From NCBI GenBank assembly GCA_004524535.1, contig SDNY01000083.1, positions 1 to 15,865 on the forward strand: a DNA stretch of 15,865 bases. Direction: 5' to 3'. The translations under genes and the position numbers were made by a program. Below the pieces are notes generated by a model. It did not search any database and was not told the DNA's origin. It worked only from the letters and a program-made list of their open reading frames with translations. Shown piece after piece: positions 8,259 to 15,865 of this stretch. Each line of letters opens with the position of its first letter. Position 1 is the stretch's first letter. This DNA comes from Promethearchaeota archaeon (lineage in GTDB: Archaea; Asgardarchaeota; Lokiarchaeia; Sigyniarchaeales; SOKP01).

Positions 8259-8953
8259 CTATATTTTAGAAAATAGCTTCCAATACAAGATTTAATTTTT
8301 TCGATTAAAGTGTTAAACCATATTTCTCCTTTTTTAGGAGTTGCGTGATATGGATCTCCTAGAATTCCCGATTTACTTAAGTTAATGGTTTCCCAATTTT
8401 TTAGCTTTTCTTTTTTATAATTTGGATCTAATTCAGGTATATATGTTACATCGCTTTTCTTTAAATTACTCAAGAAAACTTTTTCTGGATAAAGATATAA
8501 CATAATTGATGTTTCAAACTCTCCCGCATGACAAATACCGCCGATATCAGAAGTTCTTATTTTTTCTAGATCTTTTTTAATTAACGAAAATGTATTTAAG
8601 ACTAAGATTTTTTTCTTGTATAATTTTTGAATTGATTTTAATGTATCTATATTGCCACCATGAGCATTTATTATAATGAATTTATAATTATTTGGATAAT
8701 TTTTAATTATTCCTTCAATTTGAGAAATAAATTCCTTTTGAGAAATTGATTTTGTATTCTTAAATCCTTCGTGCTCGGGGGATATCCCTATTTTTATACT
8801 CTCAATACTCATACCTTTAAAAACTGGAGATATTTCTTGAGCAATACTTTTCGCTATTAGATAATCTGTATCAGGTGGAAGATGAGGTCCATGGTACTCA
8901 TAGCTACCACACGCTACCTGAACGATGTACCGTTTATTTTGTTTTTCACTCAT
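8255..8953 (-). CDS. arfB: Creatininase-family protein, probable FAPy deformylase (2-amino-5-formylamino-6-ribosylaminopyrimidin-4(3H)-one 5'-monophosphate deformylase)
   Basis: GSYEYHGPHLPPDTD, GISPEH, NAHGGN, HAGEFETS, GILGDP. Lies directly downstream of GTP cyclohydrolase III, which supports ArfB by context. Confidence 0.75.
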   Translation of the reverse strand: MSEKQNKRYIVQVACGSYEYHGPHLPPDTDYLIAKSIAQEISPVFKGMSIESIKIGISPEHEGFKNTKSISQKEFISQIEGIIKNYPNNYKFIIINAHGGNIDTLKSIQKLYKKKILVLNTFSLIKKDLEKIRTSDIGGICHAGEFETSIMLYLYPEKVFLSNLKKSDVTYIPELDPNYKKEKLKNWETINLSKSGILGDPYHATPKKGEIWFNTLIEKIKSCIGSYFLKYS

Positions 8954-9063
8954 TTCTTTTTACCCAAATTTTATTTTTTGTTTTAGTAAAAAAAGAAGTA
9001 TTCTATTTTGAAAATAGCTATAAAAATAAAATTATTCAAGAAAATCAAAAAAAGAATATTTAT

Positions 9064-9819
9064 CTAATTGATAACAACTACTTTTTCTTTATTATTTCCT
9101 TCTCTTATTCTCTTCAAACAAATATTTGCTTTAGAGAGTGCTTCAAGTATATTTTGTCCTTCACCAATGCCGGCTTTTAATTTCCATGGTTCGTGCTTAG
9201 ATTCAAATTCCATTATTATCTTTTCTATGTCTCGAGTTAGCATTGAATTTGGGCAAATGCAAATAAAATTATCTCCTCCATTGAAAAAACATAATGCCCC
9301 TATTTTTTCAAAATTCTCCATTAATGTTATATAACTTTTATTCAAATTTAGAAAATTAGTGTAAAAGGGGTATACATCTGTATTTATCTTAGTATAGAAA
9401 TTTATATCAACATGAGCTATTTTAACTTTATTTTTAACTGGCAACGTATGTCCGTTATATGCGAGCACTTTCTTTCTTGAAGATTGAGCGCTTCCATGCA
9501 AAATTAAAGCTTTCGATGCATCAATTTGAGCTTCTAATGGAGTATTTCCTACTCCAATTCCCATACTAATGGTAATGGGGAAATTCTTTTCTATTTCATC
9601 AATTATTTCCCTGTGTTTTTCAATAGAAATTCCATTTGAGACCGCAATCATATTATCTTTTAAAGCAGAAAATACAAGACCTTCGTGCTGATTAAAATAC
9701 TTTTGTAAGAAAATGAATATTTCAGAGAGTAGTATTTGAATTTTATGTTCTCGATTATCACCCATTTTCTCTGTAAAGGGTCCAAAATTATCAATTTGAA
9801 TATAGGTTATTTGAATCAA
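9064..9819 (-). CDS. gch3: GTP cyclohydrolase III (IIa)
   Basis: MIQITYIQIDNFGPFT, DNMIAVSNG, TPLEAQ, IAHVDIN, FFNGGDNF, LKAGIG. TTG start with GAGG RBS. Confidence 0.93.
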   Translation of the reverse strand: MIQITYIQIDNFGPFTEKMGDNREHKIQILLSEIFIFLQKYFNQHEGLVFSALKDNMIAVSNGISIEKHREIIDEIEKNFPITISMGIGVGNTPLEAQIDASKALILHGSAQSSRKKVLAYNGHTLPVKNKVKIAHVDINFYTKINTDVYPFYTNFLNLNKSYITLMENFEKIGALCFFNGGDNFICICPNSMLTRDIEKIIMEFESKHEPWKLKAGIGEGQNILEALSKANICLKRIREGNNKEKVVVIN

Positions 9820-9829
9820 TAATATAACC

Positions 9830-10264
9830 TCATTTATTCTTAGACGTTTTTATTCTTTTCACCATTTTTACAACACATTCTACTGAACGACGAGCAAAAT
9901 CTTCGATCCGTTCTACTGCTTCAACTCTTGTCATTCCTGGACCTGAAACACCTAAAGCAACAGGTTTACCATACTCTAAAGATAAATCTACCATTTTTCT
10001 TGCAGCATGTTGGGCAACTACTTGATCATGATCGGTATCACCCTTTATTACAGCACCTAAACATACTACACCTTCAATATTATCTTTAGTAAGAAGCGTT
10101 TTTATTGCTAAAGGCATATCAAAACTCCCTGGAACTTTGAAAACTTCTGACACATTACATCCTAAAAATTCAGCATGCTCAATAGCCTTGTTGAGCATGT
10201 TTTCAGTAATGTCATAATGAAATTCTCCAACAACTATACCAATATTAATTTTATTTTCACTCAT
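9830..10264 (-). CDS. ribH: 6,7-dimethyl-8-ribityllumazine synthase
   Basis: [38 protein letters not shown]. Confidence 0.96.
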   Translation of the reverse strand: MSENKINIGIVVGEFHYDITENMLNKAIEHAEFLGCNVSEVFKVPGSFDMPLAIKTLLTKDNIEGVVCLGAVIKGDTDHDQVVAQHAARKMVDLSLEYGKPVALGVSGPGMTRVEAVERIEDFARRSVECVVKMVKRIKTSKNK

Positions 10265-10276
10265 TTTTTTTCCTTT

Positions 10277-10750
10277 TTATGATTTAATTGGCCCGGCATC
10301 TGGATATCCTTGTCTTAATCCTTTTCCAGCATTTTTTTCGAGCCATTCTTTATCAAATAATAATTTTATCACATTTTGAGCGTGTTCTCGCGCTCTATTA
10401 TCACATACTTTAATTAATTCTTCTGGCGTTTCAGCCTCGTCTTCATGAACAAAACATTCAATTATGTGTTTTCCAGTCATTAATTGACACATTATTATAC
10501 CTTGACTTGCTTCATGAGCACATATTTTATCTATTTCAGCGGCTCCTGGCATTCCAAGTGCTATACACATTTCGCAATTATGTTGATCAAAGAGAATCTT
10601 GCATGCAACGGGTAGATCCTTCATACCTGGAACAGTATATCGAATTAATCTCATTCTACTCGTTACATTTTCAATTTCATCGATTGCCATCGCACCCATA
10701 TCAACTCGTGCAAATGTTGTATCCGCAATACCAACGTTTATTTTACTCAA
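10277..10750 (-). CDS. ribC: Archaeal-type riboflavin synthase
   Basis: GIADTTFARVDMG, RYTVPGMKDLPVA, FVHEDE, GKGLRQG. Start placed at TTG 10750 because AGGTGA lies at 10755-10760; the ORF track start at 10765 is the alternative. Confidence 0.95.
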   Translation of the reverse strand: MSKINVGIADTTFARVDMGAMAIDEIENVTSRMRLIRYTVPGMKDLPVACKILFDQHNCEMCIALGMPGAAEIDKICAHEASQGIIMCQLMTGKHIIECFVHEDEAETPEELIKVCDNRAREHAQNVIKLLFDKEWLEKNAGKGLRQGYPDAGPIKS

Positions 10751-10754
10751 TTTT

Positions 10755-11471
10755 TCACCTTTCAAGAAAATTACTATAGGCCTTTAAGATTTGATTTCCT
10801 TCAACCATTACTAAATTATAGTTTTTTGCATATTCTTTTGCTTGAGAAATTGAAAGGGCCTTTCCTGTTTTCCCATCTAACATTTCACATAGAACTGAGA
10901 CGGGAGAAAGTCCTCCCATATATGCCAATGTGACAGTTAATTCTGTATGCCCCACTCTTCCCTTTACTAAATCTTTATTTGCAATCAATAAATGTGTATG
11001 ACCAGGAGCCCTAAATTTAGAACCAAAAAGATTCTGATAATTTTTAATGCTTCCTCCATTTCGGAACACTTCTGTGCCAAGTAAACCAAATTCTCTAATA
11101 GTTAAAGCACGATCAATATCCGTGATACCCGTGTAAGTATCAACATGATTAATAGTTACAGAAAACGATGGTTTATCTCCATATGGAGCGACAATATCGG
11201 GAGCTATTTGGTTAAAAATTGAATATTGCTCTAAAACATTTGAATAAATTTCTGCCATGAAAGGTAATCCTAATTTTTCCGCAATATTAGCATGCATAGC
11301 AATGCAAATTAACCCTCCAGCATCATGACGTAAATGATAGATATGTTTTGGTGTTACTTTTTCGGCTAAACAAACTAAATCTACTTCCTCTTCTCTACCA
11401 TCGATATCATAAACTAATACAAATTTTCCTTCCGCAAGGTTTTTTATTGCTAAGCTTATATTTTCATCCAT
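10755..11471 (-). CDS. ribB: 3,4-dihydroxy-2-butanone 4-phosphate synthase, archaeal type
   Basis: DIDGREEEVD, GGLIC, FSVTINH, TGITDIDRALT, FRAPGH, RVGHTE, CEM. ATG 11471 is preceded by AAGGAG; TTG 11489 is the alternative. Confidence 0.95.
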   Translation of the reverse strand: MDENISLAIKNLAEGKFVLVYDIDGREEEVDLVCLAEKVTPKHIYHLRHDAGGLICIAMHANIAEKLGLPFMAEIYSNVLEQYSIFNQIAPDIVAPYGDKPSFSVTINHVDTYTGITDIDRALTIREFGLLGTEVFRNGGSIKNYQNLFGSKFRAPGHTHLLIANKDLVKGRVGHTELTVTLAYMGGLSPVSVLCEMLDGKTGKALSISQAKEYAKNYNLVMVEGNQILKAYSNFLER

Positions 11472-11521
11472 ATAGAACTCCTTTTTCAAAGATATTTTAT
11501 TCCTAAAAGAAAAAGAGATTT

Positions 11522-11598
11522 AATATAAATAAAAATTTGGGTAATAGAGTCCCATAATTTTATCAGTTTTTTATCAGTGTTGGAAAGAATATATTTAA
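11522..11598 (-). promoter_or_regulatory. Putative rib-operon promoter/operator region
   Basis: TATA-like TTTATAT (11522-11528) and TTAAATA (about 11592-11598), an imperfect inverted repeat at 11532-11561, and TTTTATCAGT x2 at 11558-11567 and 11569-11578. Confidence 0.4.
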
Positions 11599-11734
11599 TT
11601 TACTCTTCTCAATATATGAAACTCTAGGAAAGGATATATGATTTCACTTATTTGATTTGAATCCTCAAATATTATAGTTCATAGTCTCCGAAAAATCAAT
11701 GATCAAATCTACTCATCTGTGGGTAATTCTTAAT

Positions 11735-13084
11735 TTATTTCAATATCTTTTTTTCTTTTGCATCTAAATCGAGCCAGTCACTCACATTTTTAAGTTGTCG
11801 TCGTGAAGTGCTACATAAAATCTTTAAAAACGGAATAAAATCTTGAATTGCTTCGATTTGAGATATCTCATAGGTTTTATTAATTTTATCGATTAAACTC
11901 CTTTCAGCATTCGTTAAAGAAAAAGCACCCCCTACAACATATCTTGGAAATGTAACCCTTCGAAAACCACTAGTTTTCCGGGATTGAGCCAGACTGGTCC
12001 CTCCTGCGAATAAATCATAGAAATATGGCAATAACGCCCAATATTGATTTCTTCGAATCCGTCCAAAAATTTCATCAGCCAAAGAGAGATTATCGTATGC
12101 ATTTGCTATTTCTTTATTTATTTTAATGAACGAGATGAGATTTTCATTTACCCATTTGTATAAAAAATTATAATCTACATCGGATTTATCTGTTAAATCT
12201 CGAGCTTCTCTTAGCGTAGAAACGTTTTGAAATAAATCTCTAATTAAGGCAAAAATCTCCTCTGTGGTATCTCGATGTAAACTAAATATTAAATCTTTAT
12301 TATCTACTTCAGTTGAGCCTTGAGCAATTCCTTGGATATCGTTAATAACGCCTCTTAAATCACCATTATTTTTCTTAACGATAAGATCCAAATCGCCCCT
12401 TTTAAGATTTGTAATATTTTCTTTTTTGAGAATGTTATGAGCAATTTTTATCACTTCGTCGTCGGAAAGTGGATAAACCTCGAACTTTCGAACTTTATTA
12501 TAGAGCGGTTGAAGATTTTGTTTATATTCATTTGAACACATAATAATTGGAAATTGAGTGCTCTGAATTAAATCTAAGATAGTAGGAACCGCACCCCTAT
12601 CTTTCGTTCCATATATGCCATCAACTTCATCAATTAAGATAAGCTTTTCTTTTGATTGAGTAACAAAATCCATAATTCCCCGAGATTTAACAGTTTCCCT
12701 TAATTTATTTTCGAGAGCATCTCTTGTTCGAGTATCAGAAGCATTTGTCTCAATCACTTCCATATTTAAATCGTTTGCTAAGGCAAAAACAATGGAAGTT
12801 TTTCCAATCCCAGGTGGTCCTTCTAATAATACTGCTGCTTTTTCAGGTGCTATTTTTACTTCTTCTTTCCTTTCTTTTTCGGAGGCAGTTCTATTATATA
12901 CTCTTATAATTTTATTTTCAGCATTTATTCTTTTCATCTCTTTGAAAAAGTTTTTTACAAATTTCGTTAAATCTTCTGCTAAATCAACTTTATGACCGCT
13001 AACCTTAGCTGTTGGGAGAGCCATTTCTCTAATGCTTTTCGGTCGATACTCCTCGACCCAGACAGATTTAACTTTTTTAGCCAT
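11735..13084 (-). CDS. rfcL: Replication factor C large subunit
   Basis: WVEEYRPKS, Walker A GPPGIGKTS, ETNASDTR, Walker B ILIDEVDG, GDLRGVIND, YWALLPY. Start is ATG 13084 or GTG 13093. Confidence 0.93.
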   Translation of the reverse strand: MAKKVKSVWVEEYRPKSIREMALPTAKVSGHKVDLAEDLTKFVKNFFKEMKRINAENKIIRVYNRTASEKERKEEVKIAPEKAAVLLEGPPGIGKTSIVFALANDLNMEVIETNASDTRTRDALENKLRETVKSRGIMDFVTQSKEKLILIDEVDGIYGTKDRGAVPTILDLIQSTQFPIIMCSNEYKQNLQPLYNKVRKFEVYPLSDDEVIKIAHNILKKENITNLKRGDLDLIVKKNNGDLRGVINDIQGIAQGSTEVDNKDLIFSLHRDTTEEIFALIRDLFQNVSTLREARDLTDKSDVDYNFLYKWVNENLISFIKINKEIANAYDNLSLADEIFGRIRRNQYWALLPYFYDLFAGGTSLAQSRKTSGFRRVTFPRYVVGGAFSLTNAERSLIDKINKTYEISQIEAIQDFIPFLKILCSTSRRQLKNVSDWLDLDAKEKKILK

Positions 13085-13099
13085 TTTTTTCACTACTAT

Positions 13100-14179
13100 T
13101 TATGATAAATGCTCTGAAAATAAGCATATTTTTGCTAATAATGCTGATATTTGTATATCCGAATCTAGACCATCAATCGCGCGGAAATCAGCATCAGCAA
13201 TTAAATTAATCAATTGGATACGGGCAAATTTACTTAATGGGAGTTTATTGAGTTCATTAAGTAGCAGATTAAAAAGTTCATGTGGATTATATTTATAATT
13301 AGAGATAATATTACGCGATAATTCTCTTGCTTTTGGAAAGTCTCCTCTTAAAGTCATCAATAATAAGCTTCCTACCAAATCGTTTTGAAATTTTTGAGCA
13401 ACTTCATATAGAATATTTTTAGTTATTTTTTTTTCATCTAGATTATTTTTAGTTAATTTTTTTCTTCTTATACTTGATAATTGTAATATATCAATCGCTC
13501 TGGATATATTTCCGTTAGAAACTTTATAAAGTATTTCTATAATACCATCCTCCATTTCTAAAGATTCATTATTAGCAATTTTATTCATTAATTCTTTAAA
13601 GGAGTCAAGATCTACTTGAGAAATTAAAAATAATTGGCACCGACTCACAATTGGGTCAATTACTCCGGAAATTTTAGTGGTTATCAAGATCATTCTACAA
13701 TTTGAACCATAAATTTCCATTAACCTTCTAAAGCCCTGTTGATTCGACCCTAAAGTCTCAAAATTTTTAACGATCAAGATTTTGAAAGGGGCCTCACCTA
13801 AGACTTTTAATTGAACGAAAGGTTTAACTTTAACTTGGATAAATGCTGGTGTTGTAATTCTCTTTCCAGCTATGCTCCCTATTTTACTCGTTGAGACGTA
13901 TGCTTCAGCCCTTGCTAACTTTCTTTCCTCCTCTGTTAACGGAACATTAGCGTAAATTAATTTAAAATTCGCATCGTAAAATCTGCCAAGAAATTCTTTT
14001 GAAAATAAACTTGCTAAAGTAGCTTTTCCAATACCTTCAGAACCTACAAATAAAAGATGAGGAAAATTTCCCTGCTTAATGATACTTTTTAATCTTTCCT
14101 TTATTTTCTCTCTTCCACAAACTTCATCCAAGTTTTTTGGTAAATATTTGATTCTCCAAATTGGAATTTCATTATTCAC
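13100..14179 (-). CDS. Divergent second RFC small subunit (RfcS2-like, degenerate ATPase motifs)
   Basis: WRIKYLPKNLDEV, FPHLLFVGSEGIGKAT, QQGFRRLME, IDPIVSRC, C-terminal collar ADADFRAIDGLDSDIQISALLA. GTG start with GAGG RBS. Confidence 0.88.
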   Translation of the reverse strand: MNNEIPIWRIKYLPKNLDEVCGREKIKERLKSIIKQGNFPHLLFVGSEGIGKATLASLFSKEFLGRFYDANFKLIYANVPLTEEERKLARAEAYVSTSKIGSIAGKRITTPAFIQVKVKPFVQLKVLGEAPFKILIVKNFETLGSNQQGFRRLMEIYGSNCRMILITTKISGVIDPIVSRCQLFLISQVDLDSFKELMNKIANNESLEMEDGIIEILYKVSNGNISRAIDILQLSSIRRKKLTKNNLDEKKITKNILYEVAQKFQNDLVGSLLLMTLRGDFPKARELSRNIISNYKYNPHELFNLLLNELNKLPLSKFARIQLINLIADADFRAIDGLDSDIQISALLAKICLFSEHLS

Positions 14180-14189
14180 GTTATTTTCC

Positions 14190-15173
14190 TCATTTATTTA
14201 CTTGATTTATAATTTCAGCTACTAAAGCTAATATCTGAATTTGATCGTCTGCTCCTTGGCTTATTTTGTAATCAATATCTCCAAAAAAGGCAAGTAAAAT
14301 ATTAAGAACATTAGGCTGTAAATTAATTCTTGGCAAAATTCCTATAAGTTGTCTGATTAAATTTCTGCTGTCATATGTTTCAATAGAGTTCACAATTTTT
14401 CTAGCTCCTTTAAAATCTTTAGCTTGAAATACTTCAATAAACTTCTCTAAAGTTTCTTGATCCATGAATCCGGAGATTTTTAAAATTTCATTAACATCTA
14501 AATTCTCTAGCAAATCAAGAGCAACAGACATTTGCAACGTATTTATTGCTTTTCTTAAATCTCCCGCTGAAATAAAGAATAATGTATCAAAAAATAATTC
14601 CGATTTATCTTCAGGAATAGATAAATTTTCTTGCTTAGCAATATATTTTAATCTTTCTACAATTTTCTCCTTAGGAAGGTTAACAAACCTGAAAACAGCA
14701 CATCGCGAGATTATCGGATCTATGATTCTATTTATATAATTGCACATTAGAATAAATTTTACTTTTGTTGAGGCTCTTTCCATAATACGCCTAAGAGCTT
14801 GTTGAACTTGATTTGGAATGTTATCAGCTTCGTCTAAAATGACAATTTTTAAAGAATCTTTCTTTCTGATAATCATATTTTGATTTACGAAATCTTTTAT
14901 AACGCTTCTTACATAATCCATCCTTACAGTATCAGAAGCGTTTAATTCTAAAAGATCTCTATAATAATTTTCTCCTTTTAACATTTCTTTTGCTATAATT
15001 AACGCAGCACTTGTCTTCCCAGTGCCTGCCGGACCCGTAAAAATCATATGAGGCATATTGCCTTTTTTTATAAAGGCTTTTAAACTATTTATTGCAATGT
15101 TTTGACTCACAATATCATCAAAACTCTTAGGCCTATATTTTTCAACCCAAGGGATCCTTAAGTCAAGAGTCAT
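14190..15173 (-). CDS. rfcS: Replication factor C small subunit
   Basis: PWVEKYRP, GPAGTGKTS, ELNASD, ILDEAD, QQALRRIME, SRC, GDLRKAIN; all canonical motifs intact. Confidence 0.96.
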   Translation of the reverse strand: MTLDLRIPWVEKYRPKSFDDIVSQNIAINSLKAFIKKGNMPHMIFTGPAGTGKTSAALIIAKEMLKGENYYRDLLELNASDTVRMDYVRSVIKDFVNQNMIIRKKDSLKIVILDEADNIPNQVQQALRRIMERASTKVKFILMCNYINRIIDPIISRCAVFRFVNLPKEKIVERLKYIAKQENLSIPEDKSELFFDTLFFISAGDLRKAINTLQMSVALDLLENLDVNEILKISGFMDQETLEKFIEVFQAKDFKGARKIVNSIETYDSRNLIRQLIGILPRINLQPNVLNILLAFFGDIDYKISQGADDQIQILALVAEIINQVNK

Positions 15174-15193
15174 ATTTATATTTCCTAATAAAT

Positions 15194-15667
15194 TTAGTCG
15201 TTAGCAAAATCTTTCGTGAGGTCTAATTCTAAGACTTCGTATATTTTTTTAAATCCCATTTCTCCGTAAAGATTTGAGGCTTTCAAAGCTTCTTCTTGAA
15301 TATTGACTTTAACTTTTTCAACCTTAATTTTCTTCAAATGGTTGAGAGCTTTTTGTAATAAAACCTCTCTTACACCTTTACTTCTATAATCCTCCATTAA
15401 AAAAAATTGTTTAATATATCCTTCAGACAAACCAAATGGATCTATTCGAAGCTCTACTATAATCATACCAACTGGTTTATTTTTATCCTCTTCGATCGCA
15501 ATAAAAATTCCATTACATTGGAGAGGATCATACAATCTGCGACGAATTCCCCAGTCGAAACGCTTAGGATCAAATTTTTGTCCCATACTTTCTGTTATTT
15601 CTCTCGTAAAATCCTCTAACGCGTTTATATGCTCTGGAGAAGCGATTTCAACTTTAATATTATTCAT
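15194..15667 (-). CDS. GNAT-family N-acetyltransferase
   Basis: 157 aa; IFIAIE...PVGMI...GYIKQFFLMEDYRSKGV...LL, LYGEMGF. Confidence 0.85.
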   Translation of the reverse strand: MNNIKVEIASPEHINALEDFTREITESMGQKFDPKRFDWGIRRRLYDPLQCNGIFIAIEEDKNKPVGMIIVELRIDPFGLSEGYIKQFFLMEDYRSKGVREVLLQKALNHLKKIKVEKVKVNIQEEALKASNLYGEMGFKKIYEVLELDLTKDFAND

Positions 15668-15865
15668 AATAAATCCTTAAAACGAATTGATGAGATAAAA
15701 ATATATTTTTGCTTTAATATAAATTTTCTTGCATTTTGCTTAATAAATAAAATAAAAGAATATGTAATTTCTATTCAATTATCTCTTATAAATTTTAATT
15801 TTTCTAATTTATTTACCTTAAGAGAGCGAGTTAATGTTTTAATTTTTAAAAAAATTAAAGAAAAA

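Noticed and set aside
8875-10787. Plus-strand ORFs 8875-9180, 9068-9334, 10507-10779 and 10599-10787
   Set aside because: Antisense to the riboflavin genes, with no recognisable motifs.
11490-11734. FMN riboswitch upstream of ribB
   Set aside because: The GC-rich conserved RFN segments are not present on the sense strand.
11735-15173. Inteins in the RFC subunits
   Set aside because: Protein lengths are normal and the insertions are short, without C...HN splice motifs.
12724-15619. Plus-strand ORFs 12724-12909, 12792-12995, 13032-13298, 14464-14739 and 15407-15619
   Set aside because: Antisense to the RFC and GNAT genes.
15838-15859. Inverted repeat TTTAATTTTT-AA-AAAAATTAAA
   Set aside because: A/T-only sequence in a very AT-rich region at the window edge; likely chance.

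Overview
AT-rich, gene-dense archaeal DNA with most genes on the minus strand. Archaeal-type RibB/RibC/GTP cyclohydrolase III and RFC, plus a longin-like fragment, suggest an Asgard (Lokiarchaeia-like) source; this is inference, not a database result. Left to right: (1) a truncated CCG-domain Fe-S oxidoreductase (HdrD/GlpC-like, missed by the ORF track) at the end of a run of three tandem paralogous FAD-linked oxidoreductases whose active-site motifs differ from GlcD; (2) a decayed patch where a longin-like remnant and a histidine-kinase remnant meet tail-to-tail, followed by a small membrane protein, a DedA/VTT protein and a Lin0512-family gene; (3) an archaeal riboflavin cluster ribB-ribC-ribH-gch3-arfB with structured upstream DNA; (4) a GNAT-rfcS-rfcS2-rfcL operon encoding a three-subunit-type clamp loader. 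Its second small subunit looks ATPase-dead but keeps the arginine finger, and its large subunit has eukaryotic Rfc1-like features. No rRNA, tRNA, CRISPR array or intact mobile element was seen.
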